A stretch of DNA of 64,000 nucleotides from assembly GCA_964016885.1 (NCBI GenBank), contig OZ024743.1, positions 329,530,001-329,594,000 of the forward strand. The letters run 5' to 3'. Shown here one piece after another: positions 52,101 through 64,000 of the stretch (the stretch's first letter is position 1; each line of letters starts with the position of its first letter). The notes under the pieces were generated by a model. The model had not been told where the DNA came from. It made no database searches and worked only from the letters and a program-made list of their open reading frames with translations. A program made the translations under genes and the position numbers. This DNA is from Eledone cirrhosa (Eukaryota).

Positions 52101-55100
52101 ATCGCAGACCATCACCCCTATCAACCACAGACGACGATCTCAACACCATCGCAGACCATCACCCCTATCAACCAGAGACGACGATCTCAACACCATCGCA
52201 GACCATCACCCCTATCAAACACAGACGACGATCTCAAAACCATCGCAGACCATCACCCCTATCAACCACAGACGACGTTCTCAACACCATCGCAGACCAT
52301 CACCCCTATCAACCAGAGACGACGATCTCAACACCATCGCAGTCCATCACCCCTATCAACCACAGACGACGATCTCAACACCATCGCAGACCATCACCCC
52401 TATCAACCACAGACGACGATCTCAACACCATCGCTGACCATCACCCCTATCAACCACAGACGACGATCTCAGCACCATCGCAGACCATCACCCTATCAAC
52501 CAGAGACGACGATCTCAACACCATCGTAGACCAACACCCCTATCAACCAGAGACGAGGATCTCTACACCATCGCAGACCATCACACCCATCAACCACAGA
52601 CGACAATCTCAACACCATCGCAGACCAACACACCTATCAACCACAGACGACGATCTCAACACCATCGCAGACCATCACCCCTATCAACCAGAGACGACGA
52701 TCTCAACACCATCGCAGACCATCACACCTATCAACCACAGACGACGATCTCAACACCATCGCAGACCATCACCCCTATCAACCACAGACAACGATCTCAA
52801 CACCATCGCAGACCATCACCCCTATCAACCAGTGACGACGATCTCAACACCATCGCAGACCATCACCCCTATCAACCACAGACAACGATCTCAACACCAT
52901 CGCAGACCATCACCCCTATCAACCAGTGACGACGATCTCAACACCATCGCAGACCAACACCCCTATCAACCACAGACGACGATCTCAACACCATCGCAGA
53001 CCATCACCCCTATCACCCACAGACGAAGTTCTCAACACTATCGCAGACCATCACCCCTATCAACCACAGACGAAGTTCTCAAAACCATCGCAGACCATCA
53101 CCCCTATCAACCAGAGACGAGGATCTCAACACCATCGCAGACCATCACCCCTATCAAACACAGACGACGATCTCAACACCATCGCAGACCATTACCCCTA
53201 TCAACCAGAGACGACGATCTCAACACCATCGCAGACCATCACCCCTATCAACCACAGACCACGTTCTCAACACCATCGCAGACCAACACCCCTATCAACC
53301 AGAGACGAGGATCTCAACACCATCGCAGACCATCACCCCTATCAACCACACACGACGATCTCAACACAATCGCAGAGCATCACCCCTATCAACCACAGAC
53401 GACGATCTCAATACCATCGCTGACCATCACCCTTATCAACCAGAGACGACGTTCTCAACACCATCGCGAACCATTACCCCCATCAACCAGAGACGACGAT
53501 CTCAACACCATCGCAGACCATCACCCCTATCAACCACAGACGACGATCTCAACACCATAGCAGACCATCACCCCTATCAACCACAATCGAAGTTCTCAAC
53601 ACCATCGCAGACCATCACCCCTATCAACCAGAGACGAGGATCTCAACACCATCGCAGACCATCACCCCTATCAACCACAGACGACGATCTCAACACCATC
53701 GCAGACCATCACCCCTATCAAGCAGATACAACGATCTCAACACCATCGCAGACCATCACCCCTATCAACCACAGACGACGATCTCAACACCATCGCAGAC
53801 CATCACACCTATCAACCACAGACGACGATCTCAACACCATCGCAGACCATCACCCCTATCAACCACAGACAACGATCTCAACACCATCGCAGACGATCAC
53901 CCCTATCAACCAGTGACGACGATCTCAACACCATCGCAGACCATCACCCCTATCAACCACAGACAACGATCTCAACACCATCGCAGACCATCACCCCTAT
54001 CAACCAGTGACGACGATCTCAACACCATCGCAGACCAACACCCCTATCAACCACAGACGACGATCTCAACACCATCGCAGACCATCACCCCTATCACCCA
54101 CAGACGAAGTTCTCAACACTATCGCAGACCATCACCCCTATCAACCACAGACGAAGTTCTCAAAACCATCGCAGACCATCACCCCTATCAACCAGAGACG
54201 AGGATCTCAACACCATCGCAGACCATCACCCCTATCAAACACAGACGACGATCTCAACACCATCGCAGACCATCACCCCTATCAACCAGAGACGACGATC
54301 TCAACACCATCGCAGACCATCACACCTATCAACCACAGACGACGATCTCAACACCATCGCAGACCATCACCCCTATCAACCACAGACAACGATCTCAACA
54401 CCATCGCAGACCATCACCCCTATCAACCAGTGACGACGATCTCAACACCATCGCAGACCATCACCCCTATCAACCACAGACAACGATCTCAACACCATCG
54501 CAGACCATCACCCCTATCAACCAGTGACGACGATCTCAACACCATCGCAGACCAACACCCCTATCACCTACAGACGAAGTTCTCAACACCATCGCAGACC
54601 ATCACCCCTATCAACCACAGACGACTATCTGAATACCATCGCAGACCATCACCCCTATCAACCACAGACGACTATCTCAACACCATCGCAGACCATCACC
54701 CCTATCAACCACAGACGACGATCTCAACACCATCGCAGACCATCACCCCTATCAACCACAGACGACGATCTCAATACCAACGCAGACCATCACCCCTATC
54801 AACCACAGACGACGATCTCAACACCATTGCAGACCATCACCCCTATCAACCAGAGACGACGATCTCAACACCATCGCAGACCAACACATCTATCAACCAC
54901 AGACGACGATCTCAACACCATCGCAGACCATCACCCCTATCAACCACAGACGACGTTCTCAACACCATCGCAGACCATCACCCCTATCAACCACAGACGA
55001 CGATCTCAACACCATTGCAGACCATCACCCCTATCAACCAGAGACGACGATCTCAACACCATCGCAGACCAACACATCTATCAACCACAGACGACGATCT

Positions 55101-58100
55101 CAACACCATCGCAGACCATCATCCCTATCAACCACAGACGACGATCTCAACACCATCGCAGACCATCACCCCTATCAACCATAGACGACTATCTCAACAC
55201 CATCGCAGACCATCACCCCTATCAACCACAGACGACGATCTCAACACCATCGCAGACCATCACCCCTATCAACCACAGACGACGATCTCAACACCATTGC
55301 AGACCATCACCCCTATCAACCAGAGACGACGATCTCAACACCATCGCAGACCAACACATCTATCAACCACAGACGACGATCTCAACACCATCACAGACCA
55401 TCACCCCTATCAACCACAGACGACGATCTCAACACCATCGCAGACCATCACACCTATCAACCACAGACGACGATCTCAACACCATCGCAGAACAACACCC
55501 CTATCAACCAGAGACGACGATCTCAACACCATCGCAGACCATCACCACTATCCACCTCAGACGACGTTCTCAACACCATCGCAGACCATCACCCCTATCA
55601 ACCACAGACGACGATCTCAACACCATCGCAGACCATCACCCCTATCAACCAGAGACGACGATCTCAACACCATCGCAGACCATCACCCCTATCAATCAGA
55701 GACGACGTTCTCAACACCATCGCAGACCATCACCCCTATCAACCAGAGACGACGATCTCAACACCATCGCAGACCATCACCCCTATCAAGCTGAGACGAC
55801 GATCTCAACACCATCGCAGACCATCACCCCTATCAACCAGAGACGACGATCTCAACACCATCGCAGACCATCACCACTATTAAACCAGAGACGACGATCT
55901 CAACACCATCGCAGACCATCACCCCTATCAACCACAGACGACGATCTCAACACCATCGCAGACCATCACCCCTATCAACCACAGACGACGATCTCAACAC
56001 CATCGCAGACCATCACCCCTATCAACCACAGACGACGATCTCAACACCATCGCAGACCGTCACCCCTATCAACCAGAGACGACGATCTCAACACCATCGC
56101 AGACCATCCCCACTATTAAACCACAGACGACGATCTCAACACCATCGCAGACCATCATCCCTATCAACCACAGAAGACGTTCTCAACACCATCGCAGACC
56201 ATCACCCCTATCAACCAGAGTCGACGATCTCAACACCATCTCAGACCATCACCCCTATCAACCAGAGACGACGATCTCAACACCATCGCAGACCATCACC
56301 CTTATCAACCAGAGACGACGATCTCAACACCATCGCAGACCATCACCCCTATCAACCACAGACGACGATCTCAACACCATCGCAGACCATCACCTCTATC
56401 AACCACAGACGACGTTCTCAACACCATCGCAGACCATCACCTCTATCAACCACAGACGACGTTCTCAACACCATCGCAGACCAACACCCCTATCAACCAC
56501 AGACGACGTTCTCAACACCATCGCAGACAATCACCTCTATCAACCAGAGACGACGATCTCAACACCATCGCAGACCATCACCCCTATCAACCACAGACGA
56601 CGTTCTCAACACCATCGCAGACCATCACCCCTATTAACCAGAGACGACGATCTCAACACCATCGCAGACCATCACCCCTATCAACCAGAGACGACGATCT
56701 CAACACCATCGCAGACCATCACACCTATCAACTAGAGACGACGTTCTCAACACCATCGCAGAACATCACCCCTATCAACCACAGACGACGATCTCAACAC
56801 CATCGCAGACCATCACCCCTATCAAGCTGAGACGACGATCTCAACACCATCGCAGACCATCACCCCTATCAACCACAGACGACGATCTCAACACCATCGC
56901 AGACCATCACACCTATCAACCACAGACGACGATCTCAACACCATCGCAGAACAACACCCCTATCAACCAGAGACGACGATCTCAACACCATCGCAGACCA
57001 TCACCACTATCCACCTCAGACGACGTTCTCAACACCATCGCAGACCATCACCCCTATCAACCACAGACGACGATCTCAACACCATCGCAGACCATCACCC
57101 CTATCAACCACAGACGACGATCTCAACACCATCGCAGACCATCACCCCTATCAACCAGAGACGACGATCTCAACACAATCGCAGACCATCACCACTATCA
57201 AACCACAGACGACGATCTCAACACCATCGCAGACCATCACCCCTATCAACCAGAGACGACTATCTCAACACCATCGCAGACCATCACCCATATCATTCAG
57301 AGACGACGTTCTCAACACCATCGCAGACCATCACCCCTATCAGCCAGAGACGACGATCTCAACACCATCGCAGACCATCACCCCTATCAACCACAGACGA
57401 CGATCTCAATACAATCGCAGTCCATCACACCTATCAACTAGAGACGACGTTCTCAACACCATCGCAGAACATCACCCCTATCAACCACAGACGACGATCT
57501 CAACACCATCACAGAGCATCACCCCTATCAACCACAGACGACGTTCTCAACACCATCGCAGACCATCACCCCTATCAACCACAGACGACGATCTCAACAC
57601 CATCACAGAGCATCACCCCTATCAACCACAGACGACGTTCTCAACACCATCGCAGACCATCACCCCTATCAACCAGAGTCGACGATCTCAACACCATCGC
57701 AGACCATCACCCCTATCAACCAGAGACGACGATCTCAACACCATCGCAGACCATCACCCCTATCAACCACAGACGACGATCTCAACACCATCGCAGACCA
57801 ACACATCTATCAACCACAGACGACGATCTCAACACCATCGCAGACCATCACCCCTATAAACCAGAGTCGACGATCTCAACACCATCGCAGACCATCACCC
57901 CTATCAACCAGAGACGACGATCTCAACACCATCGCAGACCATCACCCCTATCAACCAGAGACGAGGATCTCAACACCATCGCAGACCATCACCCCTATCA
58001 ACCACAGACTACGTTCTCAACACCATCGCAGACCATCACCCCTATCAACCAGAGACGACGTTCTCAACACCATCGCCGACCATCACCCTTATCAACCACA

Positions 58101-61100
58101 GACGACGATCTCAACACCATCGCAGACAATCACCTCTATCAACCAGAGACGACGATCTCAACACCATCGCAGACCATCACCCCTATCAACCAAAGACGAC
58201 GTTCTCAACACCATCGCAGACCATCACCCCTATCAACCACAGACGACGATATCAACACCATCGCAGACCAACACCCCTATCAACCACAGACGACGTTCTC
58301 AACACCATCGCAGACCATCACCCCTATCAACCACAGACGACGATCTCAACACCATCGCAGGCCATCACCCCTATCAACCACAGAAGACGATCTCAACACC
58401 ATCGCAGACCATCACCCCTATCAACCAGAGACGACGTTCTCAAAACCATCGCAGACCATCACCCCTATCAACCACAGACGACGTTCTCAACACCATCGCA
58501 GACCATCACCCCTATCAACCAGAGACGACAATCTCAACACCATCGCAGACCATCACCCCTATCAACCGGAGACGACGATCTCAACACCATCGCAGACCAT
58601 CACCCCTATCAACCACAGATGACGATCTCAACACCATCGCAGACCATCAACCCTATCAACCGGAGACGACGATCTCAACACCATCGCAGACCATCACCCC
58701 TATCAACCAGAGACGACTATCTCAGCACCATCGCAGACCATCACCCCTATCAACCGGAGACGACGATCTCAACACCATCGCAGATCATCACCCCTATCAA
58801 CCAGAGACGACTATCTCAACACCATCGCAGACCATCACCCCTATCAACCAGAGACGACGTTCTCAACACCATCGCAGACCATCACACCTATCAACCAGAG
58901 ACGACGTTCTCAACACCATCGCACACCATCACCCCTATCAACCAGAGACGACGTTCTCAACACCATCGCAGACCATCACCCCTATCAACCAGAGACGACG
59001 TTCTCAACACCATCGCAGACCATCACCCCTATCAACCAGAGACGACGTTCTCAACACCATCGCAAACCATCACCCCTATCAAACAGAGACGACGTTCTCA
59101 ACACCATTGCAGACCATCACCCCTATCAACCACAGACGACGTTCTCAACACCATCGCAGACCATCGCCTCTATCAACCAGAGACGACGATCTCAACACCA
59201 TCGCAGACCATCACCCCTATCAACCAGAGACGACGATCTCAACACCATCGCAGACCATCACCCCTATCAACCACAGACGACGTTCTCAACACCATCGCAG
59301 ACCATCACCCCTATCAACCACAGACCACGTTCTCAACACCATCGCAGACCATCACCCCTATCAACCAGAGACGACGTTCTCAACACCATCGCAGACCATT
59401 CACCTCTATCAACCACAGACGACGTTCTCAACACCATCGCAGACCAACACCCCTATCAACCACACACGACGTTCTCAACACCATCGCAGACAATCATCTC
59501 TATCAACCAGAGACGACGATCTCAACACCATCGCAGACCATCACCCCTATCAACCACAGACGACGATCTCAACACCATCGCAGACCATCACCCCTATCAA
59601 CCAGAGACGACGATCTCAACACCATCGCAGACCATCACCCCTATCAAACACAGACGACGATCTCAAAACCATCGCAGACCATCACCCCTATCAACCACAG
59701 ACGACGTTCTCAACACCATCGCAGACCATCACCCCTATCAACCAGAGACGACGATCTCAACACCATCGCAGTCCATCACCCCTATCAACCACAGACGACG
59801 ATCTCAACACCATCGCAGACCATCACCCCTATCAACCACAGACGACGATCTCAACACCATCGCTGACCATCACCCCTATCAACCACAGACGACGATCTCA
59901 GCACCATCGCAGACCATCACCCTATCAACCAGAGACGACGATCTCAACACCATCGTAGACCAACACCCCTATCAACCAGAGACGAGGATCTCTACACCAT
60001 CGCAGACCATCACACCCATCAACCACAGACGACAATCTCAACACCATCGCAGACCAACACACCTATCAACCACAGACGACGATCTCAACACCATCGCAGA
60101 CCATCACCCCTATCAACCAGAGACGACGATCTCAACACCATCGCAGACCATCACACCTATCAACCACAGACGACGATCTCAACACCATCGCAGACCATCA
60201 CCCCTATCAACCACAGACAACGATCTCAACACCATCGCAGACCATCACCCCTATCAACCAGTGACGACGATCTCAACACCATCGCAGACCATCACCCCTA
60301 TCAACCACAGACAACGATCTCAACACCATCGCAGACCATCACCCCTATCAACCAGTGACGACGATCTCAACACCATCGCAGACCAACACCCCTATCAACC
60401 ACAGACGACGATCTCAACACCATCGCAGACCATCACCCCTATCACCCACAGACGAAGTTCTCAACACTATCGCAGACCATCACCCCTATCAACCACAGAC
60501 GAAGTTCTCAAAACCATCGCAGACCATCACCCCTATCAACCAGAGACGAGGATCTCAACACCATCGCAGACCATCACCCCTATCAAACACAGACGACGAT
60601 CTCAACACCATCGCAGACCATTACCCCTATCAACCAGAGACGACGATCTCAACACCATCGCAGACCATCACCCCTATCAACCACAGACCACGTTCTCAAC
60701 ACCATCGCAGACCAACACCCCTATCAACCAGAGACGAGGATCTCAACACCATCGCAGACCATCACCCCTATCAACCACACACGACGATCTCAACACAATC
60801 GCAGAGCATCACCCCTATCAACCACAGACGACGATCTCAATACCATCGCTGACCATCACCCTTATCAACCAGAGACGACGTTCTCAACACCATCGCGAAC
60901 CATTACCCCCATCAACCAGAGACGACGATCTCAACACCATCGCAGACCATCACCCCTATCAACCACAGACGACGATCTCAACACCATAGCAGACCATCAC
61001 CCCTATCAACCACAATCGAAGTTCTCAACACCATCGCAGACCATCACCCCTATCAACCAGAGACGAGGATCTCAACACCATCGCAGACCATCACCCCTAT

Positions 61101-64000
61101 CAACCACAGACGACGATCTCAACACCATCGCAGACCATCACCCCTATCAAGCAGATACAACGATCTCAACACCATCGCAGACCATCACCCCTATCAACCA
61201 CAGACGACGATCTCAACACCATCGCAGACCATCACACCTATCAACCACAGACGACGATCTCAACACCATCGCAGACCATCACCCCTATCAACCACAGACA
61301 ACGATCTCAACACCATCGCAGACGATCACCCCTATCAACCAGTGACGACGATCTCAACACCATCGCAGACCATCACCCCTATCAACCACAGACAACGATC
61401 TCAACACCATCGCAGACCATCACCCCTATCAACCAGTGACGACGATCTCAACACCATCGCAGACCAACACCCCTATCAACCACAGACGACGATCTCAACA
61501 CCATCGCAGACCATCACCCCTATCACCCACAGACGAAGTTCTCAACACTATCGCAGACCATCACCCCTATCAACCACAGACGAAGTTCTCAAAACCATCG
61601 CAGACCATCACCCCTATCAACCAGAGACGAGGATCTCAACACCATCGCAGACCATCACCCCTATCAAACACAGACGACGATCTCAACACCATCGCAGACC
61701 ATCACCCCTATCAACCACAGACGACGATCTCAACACCATCGCAGACCATCACCCCTATCAACCACAGACAACGATCTCAACACCATCGCAGACCATCACC
61801 CCTATCAACCAGTGACGACGATCTCAACACCATCGCAGACCATCACCCCTATCAACCACAGACAACGATCTCAACACCATCGCAGACCATCACCCCTATC
61901 AACCAGTGACGACGATCTCAACACCATCGCAGACCAACACCCCTATCACCTACAGACGAAGTTCTCAACACCATCGCAGACCATCACCCCTATCAACCAC
62001 AGACGACTATCTGAATACCATCGCAGACCATCACCCCTATCAACCACAGACGACTATCTCAACACCATCGCAGACCATCACCCCTATCAACCACAGACGA
62101 CGATCTCAACACCATCGCAGACCATCACCCCTATCAACCACAGACGACGATCTCAATACCAACGCAGACCATCACCCCTATCAACCACAGACGACGATCT
62201 CAACACCATTGCAGACCATCACCCCTATCAACCAGAGACGACGATCTCAACACCATCGCAGACCAACACATCTATCAACCACAGACGACGATCTCAACAC
62301 CATCGCAGACCATCACCCCTATCAACCACAGACGACGTTCTCAACACCATCGCAGACCATCACCCCTATCAACCACAGACGACGATCTCAACACCATTGC
62401 AGACCATCACCCCTATCAACCAGAGACGACGATCTCAACACCATCGCAGACCAACACATCTATCAACCACAGACGACGATCTCAACACCATCGCAGACCA
62501 TCATCCCTATCAACCACAGACGACGATCTCAACACCATCGCAGACCATCACCCCTATCAACCATAGACGACTATCTCAACACCATCGCAGACCATCACCC
62601 CTATCAACCACAGACGACGATCTCAACACCATCGCAGACCATCACCCCTATCAACCACAGACGACGATCTCAACACCATTGCAGACCATCACCCCTATCA
62701 ACCAGAGACGACGATCTCAACACCATCGCAGACCAACACATCTATCAACCACAGACGACGATCTCAACACCATCACAGACCATCACCCCTATCAACCACA
62801 GACGACGTTCTCAACACCATCGCAGACCATCACCCCTATCAACCAGAGACGACTATCTCAACACCATCGAAGACCATCACCCCTATCAACCAGAGACGAG
62901 GATCTCAACAACATCGCAGACCATTACCCCTATCAACCACAGACGACGATCTCAACACCATCGCAGATCATCACCGCTATCAACCACAGACAACGTTCTC
63001 AACACCATCGCAGACCATCACCCCTACCAACCAGAGACGACGATCTCAACACCATCGCAGACCATTACACCTATCAACCACAGACAACGATCTCAACACC
63101 ATCGCAGACCATCACCCCTATCAACCAGAGACGACGATCTCAACACCATCGCAGACCATCACACCTATCAACCACAGCCGACGATCTCAAAACCATCGCA
63201 GACCATCACCACTATCAACCACAGACAACGATCTCAACACAATCGCAGACCGTCACCCCTATCAACCAGAGACGACGATCTCAACACCATCGCAGACCAT
63301 CACCCCTATCACCCACAGACGAAGTTCTCAACACTATCGCAGACCATCACCCCTATCAACCACAGACGACGATCTCAACACCATTGCAGACCTTCACCCC
63401 TATCAACCAGAGACGACGATCTCAACACCATCGCAGACCAACACATCTATCAACCACAGACGACGATCTCAACACCATCGCAGACCATCACCCCTATCAA
63501 CCACAGACGACGATCTCAACACCATCGCAGACCATCAGCCCTATCAACCACAGACGACTATCTCAATACCATCGCAGGCCATTACCCCTATCAACCACAG
63601 ACGACGATCTCAACACCATCGCAGACCATCACCCCTATCAACCATAGACGACGATCTCAACACCATCGCAGACCATCACCCCTATCAACCACAGACGACG
63701 ATCTCAACACCATCGCAGACCATCACCCCTATCAACCACAGACGACGATCTCAACACCATTGCAGACCATCACCCCTATCAACCAGAGACGACGATCTCA
63801 ACACCATCGCAGACCAACACATCTATCAACCACAGACGACGATCTCAACACCATCGCAGACCATCACCCCTATCAACCACAGACGACTATCTCAACACCA
63901 TCGCAGACCATTACCCCTATCAACCACAGACGACGATCTCAACACCATCACAGATCATCACCGCTATCAACCAGAGACAACGTTCTCAACACCATCGCAG
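43184..64000. repeat. 47-bp satellite array (CCATCACCCCTATCAACCASAGACGACGWTCTCAACACCATCGCAGA)n, over 440 units, running off the window
   Basis: Continuous 47-nt periodicity; identical ORF translations recur at offsets of 1081 and 7429 bp. Confidence 0.98.

Noticed and set aside
43184-64000. Possible CRISPR-like array
   Set aside because: Monomers are contiguous with no unique spacers, there are no cas genes, and the context is eukaryotic.

Overview
AT-rich, repeat-saturated animal genomic DNA with no recognisable host protein-coding gene. The SINE families and the density of (TA)n/(CA)n microsatellites suggest an octopus or other cephalopod (inference). 1-43 kb is a mosaic of retroelements: about 15 copies of one tRNA-derived SINE, CR1-, RTE-, Tx1/L1- and CRE-like LINE remnants, Tc1/mariner remnants, micro/minisatellites, and a young near-intact Penelope-like element (PLE; RT plus C-terminal GIY-YIG, one frameshift) at about 29.9-35.2 kb. 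43.2-64 kb is a 47-bp satellite array with 1081-bp and about 7.4-kb higher-order periodicity; its long ORFs are artefacts. The most striking signal is a series of non-coding fold-back (palindromic) units embedded in (TA)n tracts. They belong to several sequence-unrelated families, and most carry a type I hammerhead ribozyme (HHR) fold duplicated on both strands, with the inversion point lying just 5' of the catalytic core. HHRs were folded by eye and are not computationally or experimentally validated.
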